Assembly: GCA_963827235.1 (NCBI GenBank) | Contig: CAWHAE010000012.1 | Location: 448,001-512,000 of the forward strand | Direction: 5' to 3' | Length of the DNA stretch: 64,000 bases | Source of the DNA: an uncultured bacterium | GTDB taxonomy: Bacteria; Chloroflexota; UBA5177; JANWHV01 | Part shown: positions 1 through 9,575 of the stretch, in pieces | Position numbering within the stretch: position 1 is the first letter of the stretch | How the letters are laid out: each line of letters opens with the position of its first letter | Notes under the pieces: generated by a model | Told to the model about the DNA's origin: nothing | What the model saw: the letters and a program-made list of their open reading frames with translations, nothing else | The model's database searches: none | Made by a program: the position numbers and the translations under genes

Positions 1-2872
1 ACGCCGGGGTGCGTGGTCTGCGGACCGGACGCCGACTGCGAGCAGCCGGTGCTGGAGGGCGTCGTGAGCAAGGTCGAACGCCGGATGCAGGCGACCAGCA
101 AAGGCGGCGTGAACGTCGTGCGCATCGTGCTGGAATCCCCACAAGGCCCGTGCCGGCTCGACCTCGGCGAGCGCTTCGCGTACTTGAGCGACGGGCTATC
201 CGCTGCCTCCGAGCGCCTGAGCCTGCGCGCCTATCATCTCCGGCGGGCGCGAAAAGCCGGGTCGCCGGGCGGAGCGCGGCATTCCTGCGTGCCCACGTTC
301 TTGAGCGGCACCGGCAGCATCGTGCTGCTCGAGCCGGATTGGCTGCTGAACGTGACCGCCCTCATCGGAACCGACTACTGCCTTCGCCAGTGGCTCGCCA
401 ATCGCCTCGCCGCTCGTCCGGCGTCCCTTCCGCAGCTTCGAGGCACTCTCGTGCACGCTGCGTTTCAGACGCTCTGCCGCCTCGGCACCGTGCTGGACGA
501 CACGCTGGAGTCGCTGCTCGGCGATATGGCCTACGGCCTTGCCCTCGCCGGAGTGTCGCAGCAGGCGCTGATCGACGACGTGCGGCCGCACGTGGAACGT
601 CTCGCGCGCTGGCACGCCGAGTGCCGCCGCGGAGCTCTTCGGCGGTGGCTGCGGCGCGCCGGTGTTCGAGAGCACGTTGCTGTGCCCCGAGCTCGGCCTG
701 CGCGGGCGGACTGACCTGGTATTCCGTCAGGAGGATGAGACGGGTCGCCGGCTTGTCACGCGCATCGTCGAGCTCAAGACGGGCAAATACAACGAGCAGT
801 GGCCGGACCCGGAGTTCCAGGTCCGAGGCTACTACGCGATGCTCACCAGCCAGCAGCGCCTGGCGCCGGACTTTCAGGCTCAGGTCATCTATACCGGTAG
901 CTCCAGCGCTGTCCTTCGCCGGGTGAAGTGCGGCGCCGGCGACCTCGAGCATATCGTGATGCGCCGCAACCAGGCCGTGCTCGCCTCTCTGGCGGGCTTC
1001 GCCCCGCCCTCAGAGTCTGTCAACCGCTGCCGCAACAGCGCGAACCGGGCCGAATGTGTGCGGCTCAGCGCGCTGCTGAACCTCGATCATTGCCGCGGGC
1101 GTGACCTTCAGGATGCCGCCGGCGGACAAGTCAACCCCCAAGACGCAGACTTCTACGCCGCGCAATATCGCCTGCTGCGCCTGGAGTCGCGTGCGACGAG
1201 CGACGCACTGGCTGCGCTCTGGCGCGCCGCACCGGCCGCCCGGGAGGCGGCGGGCTCGGCAATCGCCGTCGACGAGGAGCAAGGTCGCGAGCAAGGTGCC
1301 GACGGCCAGTGGAGCTACCGCTTCCGCTGCAGGAACGCCTCCGAGCTGCGCGCCGGTGACGCCGTTCTGCTGAGCGACGGCGATCCAATCCGCGGTGACG
1401 TGGCCGTGGGCACGCTGGCGCTGACCGGTGCGGATTACATCGAAGTGGTGGCCAGGGCACCGGTTGCGTGCCCGAGGCTCGTGGACCGCTATGATTCGGG
1501 CGAAGCCCAAGACCGCATGCTACGGGCGCTCGATGCTTGGGTCGAGGGGCCGCCGCGCACACGGGCGCTTCTCTATGGTCAGCGTATCCCGTCGTTCTCT
1601 GCACCCAGTCGCGCGGCAGGGTCATCCGCCGTGTCGCACGGGCTCAACCAATCGCAGCAGGAAGCACGCGACCTCGCGCTCAGGCTGGGCGACTATCTCC
1701 TGGTGCAGGGCCCGCCGGGCACGGGAAAGACATATCTTGTGGCCTGTCTGGTCAAGGAGCTGGCAGAGCGCGGGGACCGCATCATCGTGTCGGCCTGGAC
1801 GAACCAGGCCGTGGATACCATGCTTCGCGCGCTGCTGAACCTGGGCTTCACCCGATTTGCCAGACTTGGGTCCGTGCGGACGATGGATCCCGAGCTGCAG
1901 CCATACGCGGTCGCATCCGTTTCGCCGGCAGGCGTGCAGCCGCCGACCCCGGATGCGATCGCGGAACGGCTGCGTATCGTCCCAGTGCTGGCCGGCACCG
2001 TGAGCGCGTTCGCCGACACGCGCCTGCGCAGCGCCTCGGTTCTGCGCGACGTGGCTATCGTCGACGAGGCGGCGCAGCTCAGCGTTGCCGCCGCCGCCGG
2101 CGTGCTGCGGTTGGTTCCTCGCTTCATTCTGGTGGGCGACGATCAGCAGCTGCCGCCAGTGGTACAGAGCGAGGAGGCGGCGCGGGAGGGCCTTTCACTT
2201 TCTCCTTTCGCGCTGTTGAGGCCCGAGGCTCAGGCGCACGGAGCGTTCGTCCGGCTGCACGAGCAGTTCCGCATGCACGAGGCCGTCGCGGCATGGCCGA
2301 ACGAAGCCTTCTATGGTGGGGTGCTCACGGCGCACAGTGCCGTCGCCCGGCATAGGCTTCCGACGGCCACTTCTCCCGGCTGCCATCCGATCGTGGATCG
2401 CGACGTGCCGATCGTGGTGGTGGATTCGGGCCGGTCGGCTGCCGGGGAGGTGGAGGCCGCCGTATGCGCCGCGGTGCTCCTGGCGCGGAGCGGCGTGCCG
2501 GAGGAGCAGGTCGGCGTGGTGGCGCCGTTTCGCGCGATTGTTGCCGCCGTCCGCCGGTCCCTCGAGAGCGTGCCCGAGGCCAGCGGTTGTACGGTGGATA
2601 CCGTCGATCGCTTTCAGGGAGGACAGCGCGAGGCGATGATCGTGTGTCTGGGCTTGTCCGGCATCGGTCGCCGGTCCCACGCGTTTGTCGACGATCCGAG
2701 AAGGCTGAACGTGGCCTTCACACGTGCGCGCGCAAAGCTTGTGGTAATCGGCGATCTTGCTCAAGCGCGTACGCTGCCGACAATGGCCGGATTTCTCCAT
2801 CACTGCCTGGATCACGGCATGCCGACGGTACTAGCCGAACGGGCTATAGCGGCGTCGGAGGAGATATGCTAG
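1..2872 (+). CDS. Dna2-like nuclease-helicase (PD-(D/E)XK/Cas4-like nuclease fused to SF1 Upf1/Dna2-type helicase); 5' end may lie outside the window; +1 frameshift near 618
   Basis: ORF 13..714 has LLEPDWLLNVT..DYC..LRGTLVHAAFQ. ORF 662..2872 continues with LRGRTDLV, IVELKTGK, QVRGY, then GPPGTGKT, VDEAAQ, LVGDDQQLPP, QFRM, TVDRFQG, RRLNVAFTRAR. Removing one base at ~618 joins the two. Confidence 0.85.
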
Positions 2873-2911
2873 CCTGTCATCTTCCGTTCATGTTTGCGGG
2901 ACTATACTCCT

Positions 2912-3062
2912 ATCGCTGGTGTGGGGCGTGCGCTGAACGCTAGCGGTAGTCTTGACACAAGGTATCGCGGCGACAGCTTTTATATAGATACGTGCTTATC
3001 ACCGCCGCCGATACCGATACCCGTGGGAGGGCCTGGAGCGTATGCTCCGGGCCCTCCTGCTT
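2912..3062 (+). ncRNA. Candidate structured non-coding RNA or attenuator upstream of secG
   Basis: TATACT -10-like box at 2903-2908; imperfect hairpin 2961-3015; strong hairpin GGAGGGCCTGGAGC-GTAT-GCTCCGGGCCCTCC ~3026-3057; alternative 12-bp pairing of 2923-2934 with 3037-3048. Confidence 0.3.
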
Positions 3063-3076
3063 GCCAGTCCTTGGTC

Positions 3077-3105
3077 TTGTCAGATCGTCCGGCACATGCT
3101 ACAGT
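3077..3105 (+). promoter_or_regulatory. sigma70-type promoter for secG-tRNA
   Basis: TTGTCA-N17-TACAGT with extended TG. Confidence 0.55.
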
Positions 3106-3159
3106 AACCCTTGCCCCGCCACTGCAGGGCTAGTTTTCGGGCTGTGAGGTTGCACCGAG

Positions 3160-3381
3160 TTGAAGACCCCGCTTCGCGTTGTCCAGGTCATTCTCGCGGT
3201 TTTTCTCATGATCCTGATCCTTATGCAGTCGAGGGGCACAGGGCTCGGCAGCGTGTTTGGTGGCGATGCCAGCGTGTTTCAGACACGGCGGGGCATCGAG
3301 TTGACGCTGTTCAAGTTCACGATCGGCGTGGCCGCGGTGTTCTTGATTCTGTCGATCATCGTAACCTCGAGGGCGGTCTAG
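3160..3381 (+). CDS. secG: Preprotein translocase subunit SecG
   Basis: 73 aa, two TM segments, ILMQSRGTGLGSVFGG..TRRGIE motif; followed by tRNA-Leu as is common. Confidence 0.95.
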   Translation: MKTPLRVVQVILAVFLMILILMQSRGTGLGSVFGGDASVFQTRRGIELTLFKFTIGVAAVFLILSIIVTSRAV

Positions 3382-3388
3382 GCTCTTT

Positions 3389-3475
3389 GCCGAAGTGGTG
3401 AAATTGGCAGACACGCGGTGTTCAGGACGCCGTGAGCTCAAGCTCGTGTGGGTTCGAGTCCCTCCTTCGGCACCA
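3389..3475 (+). tRNA. tRNA-Leu (anticodon CAG)
   Basis: GCCGAAG acceptor pairs with CTTCGGC-ACCA; anticodon arm CGGTG-TTCAGGA-CGCCG; long variable arm; GGTTCGAGTCC T-arm; encoded CCA. Confidence 0.97.
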
Positions 3476-3483
3476 AGTACTTT

Positions 3484-3518
3484 GACCCCTGACCGGCCCG
3501 TCCGGCAGGGGTTTCGTT
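3484..3518 (+). terminator. Intrinsic terminator after tRNA
   Basis: GACCCCTG..CCGG-loop-CCGG.CAGGGGTT stem followed by TCGTT. Confidence 0.65.
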
Positions 3519-3561
3519 CATCCTGAGAGCTGCCCGGCGGGCATCCTGAGGAGGGGATCGC

Positions 3562-4434
3562 ATGAAACGTGTGATCAGTGCCTCCAGACGAACCGACATT
3601 CCCGCGTTTTATATGCGCTGGCTCGGCGACAGGGTAGCCGAGGGCTTCGTGAATGTGGCGAACCCGCTCTATCGCGAGAAGGTGACGCGCGTCTCACTCC
3701 TGCCCGAGCACGTGGCCTGGCTGGTCCTCTGGTCGAAGAACTTCGCCGTGTTCGAACGCTGGGCCGAGCGTTTTGACGCCTACGAGCTGTTCTTTCACTT
3801 CACCATCAACGCGCCCAACAGCTTCCTGGAACCGGGGGTGCCCACCGGCGAGCAGGCTCTGCGCCAGGTGGAGTTCCTTGCCGCACGCTACGGCGGCCGG
3901 CGGGTGACCTGGCGCTACGATCCGCTCGTGTGTTGGCGCGAAAGCGGCTCGGTGCGGAGCAACTACGATCCGGTGTGGTTCGAGGACATGTGCCGGCGGA
4001 TGGCGCCGCTGGGCGTCGAGCGCTGCACTACCAGCTTCATGACACCCTACGGCAAAGTGCTGCAGCGGTTCCGCAGGCTATTTCCGCAGATCTCACTTGT
4101 CGATCCGCCGCCGGATCAGAAGCGTGCCTGGGCGGCAGCGCTCCGCGAGATCGCCGGCACGTACGGCATCCGGCTCAGCAGCTGCACGGATGCCGTGCTG
4201 TTCGACGTCCTGCCCAAAGGCGCCTGTGTAGACGGCCGGCTGCTCAACTCGCTGAGCGCGTCCCGGGTGAGCTGCGCCAAAGCTCCCGGTCGCGACGCCT
4301 GCGGCTGCACGCATTCGATCGATATCGGCGACTTCGAGCGCCAGGAATGCGGCTATGCCTGTCTCTACTGCTACGCGAACCCAAACCATCGGCGGTTTGC
4401 CGGGCAGCACCAGCCGGTCGCACGGCAGGCGTGA
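3562..4434 (+). CDS. DUF1848 family protein (radical-SAM/SPL-related)
   Basis: ISASRRTDIPAFY N-terminus, WSKN, WRYDP, CGC..SIDIG..C.YACLYCYAN C-terminus; GGAGG RBS. Confidence 0.9.
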   Translation: MKRVISASRRTDIPAFYMRWLGDRVAEGFVNVANPLYREKVTRVSLLPEHVAWLVLWSKNFAVFERWAERFDAYELFFHFTINAPNSFLEPGVPTGEQALRQVEFLAARYGGRRVTWRYDPLVCWRESGSVRSNYDPVWFEDMCRRMAPLGVERCTTSFMTPYGKVLQRFRRLFPQISLVDPPPDQKRAWAAALREIAGTYGIRLSSCTDAVLFDVLPKGACVDGRLLNSLSASRVSCAKAPGRDACGCTHSIDIGDFERQECGYACLYCYANPNHRRFAGQHQPVARQA

Positions 4435-4441
4435 GGTCTGC

Positions 4442-6700
4442 CTAGCCGCCGCTGCCGTAGTGGGCGGGGTCGAGGGCCGGCACGTAGATCTCGAACGAGC
4501 TGCCGGTGGCAGTCATGCCGGATAACTGGTAGACGGGCTCATAGTACACGCCGCCTGATCCGGTCACCGGTACGTAGACGACGGCTACCGCGCTGATCGG
4601 CGTGTCTGCCTGCGGATACGATCCCGAGGTCGTGATCAGGGCGCCGCCGTCCTGCACGATGGCGACGGCCTGGGCAAACGGAATGGCCTCGAAGGCAGGA
4701 GCGAGCGAGGTGTCCACCCACACGATGTCGAGTGAGGTCAGCACGCCGAGCGCATTGAAGGAGAACGTGGCGCCTGCACCCGTCACCAGGTACCCCGCAT
4801 TCTCCGTGCACGTGACCACGGCAGTGCCGCCAGCCTGGGCCGCGGCGCTGGTACACTGCGGCGCGGCCGAGTCGCCGGCGAGCTGATGATTATTCAGGAA
4901 GAGATTCGCGGACGCCACGGCGTCGAAGCTGCCCTGCTGCTCGGTCGAGGCAGGCACTGCCGAGACGAGGCTGAGCTTGAGGTGATAACCGAAGCTCCTC
5001 GCCTGGTAGTCGGCCGTATACGTCCGGTTGTCGGCCGTGACGAGCGCGACAAGGCTGGTCTGCCCGGAGGACTTGACCACTTTGTTGACCTGGAAATTGA
5101 ACGCCGCCAGGGCGTCGAGCGCAGGAGTCGGATGGGACACCGGCCTGTACACAGCCAGCTCGCCGGCGTCCGGCGGTGAAACGGCAGGCATGGTCAGCCC
5201 GACCCCTGCCGGGAACCGCTGGGCGTGTGCCAGGATGGAATTCGCCGGCGCGTTGGCAGCGGTAACCGAGGGGAACAGGTCCGACGGATTGACGGTGGCC
5301 GTGGCCGAACCGCCGATCGAGATCGCCGGGTGCACCAAGCTGCTGCTCTGCGTCCCCGTGGGAGAGGCCATGGCGAGCATCGTCGCCGCGCTCGATGGAG
5401 CCGGCTGCGGCGTATCGGTCACGGTTGGCGCCGGCGGATGGGTAGCGGCCGGTGCCTCGGTCGCGGTGGCCTGTGCGCTGGTGGGCCGCGGCGTTGCGCT
5501 GGGCGGGACCTCCGTGGCAGTCGCCGGCCGCGGTAGCGTGGGAGTGCGCGTCGCCGTCGCCGCACGAGTCGGCACCGGTGTGCTGGTGTACGTCGGCGCG
5601 GCCACTGGTGTGTGGGTTGGCGCCACCGTGGGCCGCACCGGGGCGGCCGTCGACGAGGGCACCGTGGTATGTGTGGGCGCAGCCGTGGGCGGTACCGGCG
5701 TATCCGTCGGCTCGAGTACCGGCGTGTGCGTGGGAGGCGGGAGCGTAGGAACGGGCGTATCGGTCGCCGGACGTACCGGCGTGTGCGTGGGTGGCACGGC
5801 AGTCGGGGCGGGCGTGGGCGAGAGCGTCGGGACGGGCGTGGGCGAGAGCGACGGTACGGCCGTGGGCGGGACCGGCGTGTCGCTCGCCGCCGTCGTAGGC
5901 GTGCTGCTGGGAGGTATCGCCGTCGCGGTCGGCGCCGGCGAGGTGGCCGTGGGCTGCTCGATCGTATGTGCCACCCGCGTTGCCCGAGCCTGACCGGTAG
6001 CCGGCGTAGAGGTCGGTGACGTAGCAGTGGGCTGAGCCGCAGCCGTCGTGGCGCTGGGCGCCGCGGAAGTGGGCGAGGGAGCGGCGGGCGTGGTCGAGGT
6101 TGGCTCCGGCCGTGACGTGGCCGTGGCGCTGGGCCGCGCTGTCTGGATCGTCGCGGTATTCGCCGGCACGGGAGCGGTCGGGCTGGGGCTCGGCTTGATC
6201 TCGGGTGCCTTGGCGCTCGGCGAGGCCGGCACGGCGGTGTTTGACGGAGAGGGCGTGGCGGACGGCAGCACCACGACCACGCGCGGCGTGGATGTGGGCA
6301 CCGTGGCCGTCGGGTTCGTCACCTGAGCCAGCTTGCTGTCCGGCGAGCCTACGTGCGCACGCAGATCGGCGTAGCCCGCGACGAGAGCGACGCAGGCCGC
6401 GGTGGCAATCGCGCTCGCCACCACGGCACGCCGGGCGCGCTGCCATCTGCTGATCGGCGTGACGCTTGCGAGCTGTGCCGGGCGGCGGAATTGCCGCACG
6501 TTGTCGGAGTATTTCTCCAGCAGCTCGGCCTTGAGACGAGCCCGAAACGCCGGATCCGGCGCGGCGCCCGGGGACAGGCGGTCGCGCAGCTCGAGCGAAA
6601 GCTGGAGCAGCGGATCCTTCAGCCTGTCCGGTGGGAGATTCGCGTCACCCGCCAGGAGACGTTCGAGGTCTTCGTCAAACCGGTCCGAATAGTTAGGCAT
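4442..6700 (-). CDS. Putative anti-sigma factor: cytoplasmic N-domain, one TM, very long Pro/Thr-rich stalk, C-terminal extracellular domain
   Basis: 9 bp downstream of the ECF sigma; PDPAFRARLKAELL N-terminal helix; hydrophobic AVVASAIATAACVALVAGY; roughly 330 aa of PT-rich sequence. Confidence 0.7.
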   Translation of the reverse strand: MPNYSDRFDEDLERLLAGDANLPPDRLKDPLLQLSLELRDRLSPGAAPDPAFRARLKAELLEKYSDNVRQFRRPAQLASVTPISRWQRARRAVVASAIATAACVALVAGYADLRAHVGSPDSKLAQVTNPTATVPTSTPRVVVVLPSATPSPSNTAVPASPSAKAPEIKPSPSPTAPVPANTATIQTARPSATATSRPEPTSTTPAAPSPTSAAPSATTAAAQPTATSPTSTPATGQARATRVAHTIEQPTATSPAPTATAIPPSSTPTTAASDTPVPPTAVPSLSPTPVPTLSPTPAPTAVPPTHTPVRPATDTPVPTLPPPTHTPVLEPTDTPVPPTAAPTHTTVPSSTAAPVRPTVAPTHTPVAAPTYTSTPVPTRAATATRTPTLPRPATATEVPPSATPRPTSAQATATEAPAATHPPAPTVTDTPQPAPSSAATMLAMASPTGTQSSSLVHPAISIGGSATATVNPSDLFPSVTAANAPANSILAHAQRFPAGVGLTMPAVSPPDAGELAVYRPVSHPTPALDALAAFNFQVNKVVKSSGQTSLVALVTADNRTYTADYQARSFGYHLKLSLVSAVPASTEQQGSFDAVASANLFLNNHQLAGDSAAPQCTSAAAQAGGTAVVTCTENAGYLVTGAGATFSFNALGVLTSLDIVWVDTSLAPAFEAIPFAQAVAIVQDGGALITTSGSYPQADTPISAVAVVYVPVTGSGGVYYEPVYQLSGMTATGSSFEIYVPALDPAHYGSGG

Positions 6701-6709
6701 TGCCGATGA

Positions 6710-7273
6710 CTAATCCTCGCCGGCAGCCAACCGCCGATGCAAGGAGGCAAGTGCTCGGTGCAGCAGCGCCTTGACCGCGCCTTCGCTCCGCTGCATGATT
6801 CGAGCTATGTCCCTATTTCGCAGGTCCTGTCCAAAGCGCAACAGGATCACCTGTTGCTGTTCAGCCGGGAGCGCGCGCACCGCAGCCAGCACATCCGACC
6901 TCCACTCAAGCGCCGTCGCGGTCTGTTCAGGCCCGGGCTCCGGCTCCAGAATCTGGTCGAGATCGTCGTCAGTCGTGGTAGCCGGCTCGCGTCGGAACTT
7001 CGCCGCTATGGCATTGCTGGCGATGCGATACAGCCAGGCGGAGAATGCCACCCCACGCCACTCGAACCCCTGAATATTCTCGAGCGCGCGATGGAACGTC
7101 TCGGACACGATATCTTCCGCCGTCGCCTTATCGCCCACTCGACTGAAAGCGTAGCTGTAAATCGCATCCACGTAGCGTTCGTACAGGGCGCCAAAGGCGA
7201 CCGGGTTCGAACGAGCGGCCTCGACCAGTTTCCGTTCAGCTTCGAGCTGCTGTGGCGACGGTGGCAGAGTCAT
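6710..7273 (-). CDS. ECF-family RNA polymerase sigma-70 factor
   Basis: AFGALYERY, AEDIVSETF, FSAWLYRIASN (region 2); LPAEQQQVILLRF..IARIMQRSEGAVKALLHRA (region 4); GGAGGG RBS before ATG 7273. Confidence 0.93.
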   Translation of the reverse strand: MTLPPSPQQLEAERKLVEAARSNPVAFGALYERYVDAIYSYAFSRVGDKATAEDIVSETFHRALENIQGFEWRGVAFSAWLYRIASNAIAAKFRREPATTTDDDLDQILEPEPGPEQTATALEWRSDVLAAVRALPAEQQQVILLRFGQDLRNRDIARIMQRSEGAVKALLHRALASLHRRLAAGED

Positions 7274-7310
7274 GCCCTCCGCGCCGGATGCATCGCACAC
7301 ATCCTACATA

Positions 7311-7340
7311 TACAACGCACCGGCATCACTTTAGATACGC
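7311..7340 (-). promoter_or_regulatory. Putative autoregulatory ECF promoter
   Basis: Minus strand CGTATC-N16-CGTTGTA about 40 bp upstream of the sigma start; CGT -10 core typical of ECF promoters. Confidence 0.4.
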
Positions 7341-7507
7341 ACTTGGTGGCGGACTTTCGGCCAGTTTTCCGGACGCGAACCACACTCAGCCGTTTAGGAC
7401 GCAACAGGGGCATCCATGACCCCGACAGCATGCGGACGCGTATGTCAGGTGAGCCTAGCCGCGGCGGCTTCTCGGGCGTGAGCAGGGCTCAAAGCCACCT
7501 CCGTGCT

Positions 7508-7536
7508 TTGACTGGCTCCCAGGGCCGCGGTATGCT
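7508..7536 (+). promoter_or_regulatory. sigma70-type promoter for zinc-ribbon/radC operon
   Basis: TTGACT-N17-TATGCT. Confidence 0.6.
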
Positions 7537-7598
7537 ACAAGCCGTTACACTGACCAATGCGGAACCAATACTCCTGGCTGGAAGGAACAGAAGCAAGC

Positions 7599-8006
7599 AT
7601 GCGAACCGTGGTCACCATCCTGCTGAGTGGATTGTTTGCCTATGGCCTCGCACTCTGGTTCAGCCTGGTGATCTGGACGTTCAACGACGTGAGAGCTCGC
7701 TCTCAGAATATCGTCACTCAGCTCTTGGGGACGACTATCGTCCTCATGTTCAACGTCTTCGGACTCCTCCTATATTACATCATTCGCCCCAAGCAGACGC
7801 TGGCGGAGGCATACGAGAAGTCGCTCGAGGAGGAGACTCTTCTGCAGGAGATCGAGAACCGGCACCTGTGCCCCACCTGCAGCCAGCGTATCGAGGACGA
7901 GTATATGATCTGCCCGAGCTGCTTCAGCAAGCTGCGCAACCAGTGCCACTTCTGCAGCCATCTCCTCGCACCCGAATGGAGCCTCTGTCCGTATTGCGGA
8001 CGCTAG
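7599..8006 (+). CDS. Membrane protein with C-terminal double zinc ribbon
   Basis: Two TM helices, LLYYIIRP, then CPTC, CPSC, CHFC, CPYCG. Confidence 0.85.
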   Translation: MRTVVTILLSGLFAYGLALWFSLVIWTFNDVRARSQNIVTQLLGTTIVLMFNVFGLLLYYIIRPKQTLAEAYEKSLEEETLLQEIENRHLCPTCSQRIEDEYMICPSCFSKLRNQCHFCSHLLAPEWSLCPYCGR

Positions 8007-8020
8007 TCCTGCAGGACTGA

Positions 8021-8719
8021 GTGATGGCCGAGTATCGCCTGACCGTTCGCGAGTGGCCTGCCAGCGAACAGCCGCGCGAGAAGTTGCAGCAATTCGGCCC
8101 GGGTGCCCTCTCCAACGCCGAGCTCATCGCCATACTGCTGCGGGTGGGTAGCGAGAGAGAAGACGTGGTCGCGCTCTCCCAGCGCCTGCTCGTTACCTAC
8201 GGCGGTCTTGCCGGCCTCCATCGGGCGACCATGGCAACATTGACGGACGAGCATGGCATGGGGCTGGCCAAGACCTGCGCGCTGAAGGCGGCCCTCGAGC
8301 TGGGTCGCCGGCTGCTGATGGACCCCGGCCAGGAGCGGATGCGCATCGGCTCGCCGGACGACGTCGCCCAACTCCTGATGATGGACATGCACTGCCTCGA
8401 GCAAGAGTGTCTCCGCACGGTCCTACTGACCACCAAGAACCAAGTGATTAGCGCGCCCACGATCTACCAGGGGTCGATCAATAGCACGTCCTTGCGGGTG
8501 GGCGAGCTGTTCCGCGAGGCAATTCGACATAACGCTGCATCCATAATCGTGGCGCATAATCATCCGAGCGGCGACCCGACACCCAGCGTGGAAGACATAC
8601 AGGTCACCCGCACGATCGTCGAGGCCGGCAAGCTGATGGATATCGAAGTGCTCGACCACCTGGTGATCGGTCATGGCAAGTACGTGAGCCTGAAGGAGCG
8701 GCGGTTGGGATTTGGGTGA
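8021..8719 (+). CDS. radC: RadC (UPF0758, JAB-domain) protein
   Basis: [46 protein letters not shown]. Confidence 0.95.
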   Translation: MMAEYRLTVREWPASEQPREKLQQFGPGALSNAELIAILLRVGSEREDVVALSQRLLVTYGGLAGLHRATMATLTDEHGMGLAKTCALKAALELGRRLLMDPGQERMRIGSPDDVAQLLMMDMHCLEQECLRTVLLTTKNQVISAPTIYQGSINSTSLRVGELFREAIRHNAASIIVAHNHPSGDPTPSVEDIQVTRTIVEAGKLMDIEVLDHLVIGHGKYVSLKERRLGFG

Positions 8720-8979
8720 GCCAACTGGCCGTCCGCTGCCACACCGAACTCAGCTGGTTCTCGTGATTATGGCGCCGGTATCTTGCAGTTCGGAGTGCGG
8801 CGAAGCCGGCCACCGCTCGCACGAATCAGGCCTCCGCACCATATAGTCGCCATGACGCGGGAGTATGATCCGGGGGAGAGCGCGACGCCGGACAGCATGT
8901 CGCTGGCACGCACGGTGCTGGTGCAGGGCTTGGCCGGACTGTTACGCGGGCCTAGCCGGTACCCGAAAAGGAGGCTGTC

Positions 8980-9213
8980 ATGGGCCATGCTGAGATTGAG
9001 CAGAGGCAAGGTCTGCAGGATCGGCAGTCGCCGGCTGCCCAGGCCGGCGACTACACGCGCGTCGGCACGACCTTCGTCATCATCAGTGAATTGCTGTGCG
9101 AGGCCGTGGGGCTGCGCGCGAGCGAGCACGTCCTCGACGTCGCCACTGGCGATGGCAACACGGCGTTGTCTGCGGCGCGACGCTGCTGCGAGGTGACCGC
9201 GGTCGTCTGGTGA
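8980..9213 (+). pseudogene. Truncated class I SAM-dependent methyltransferase
   Basis: GDYTRVGTT..IISELLCEAV..VLDVATGDGNTALSAARR (motif I), stop immediately after. Confidence 0.75.
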
Positions 9214-9575
9214 GGTACTGCGTGACCGCTCCTGGCCCACCGCCCCCTCCGAACCGGGATTGCGTCGACGACCAAGTAACTCAACGTGCCCGTACACCGC
9301 CATGTGGACTGCCTGGAGCAACGGGTAGGTAACGAGCGCGATGCCGCCGTCCTGCAACCGCCAGAGTCTAGGATTGCACTGACGGGTTGGTTCGACGATT
9401 CGTGTTCATTGCGTGCAGACGAGCTTCCGGGCGTTGCACGCCTCCTGTCCCAACCTGGGAGCGACCTCTGTCTTTATACCTACACCGTTATCTCAAACGG
9501 TGTCGCGCAGCAATCAGCCCTTGCAACCACTTTGGGACAGAGCGTTGGTCCCGGCACCGACCCAATTACCTGCTC

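Noticed and set aside
600-720. Programmed ribosomal frameshift in the Dna2-like gene
   Set aside because: No slippery heptamer; the same 1-bp insertion pattern occurs in unrelated genes.
300-1100. Cas4 as part of a CRISPR-Cas system
   Set aside because: The nuclease is fused to a Dna2-type helicase and no cas1/cas2 or array is present.
3389-3475. tRNA-Leu as an island integration site
   Set aside because: No integrase follows and no duplicated tRNA 3' end was seen in the window.
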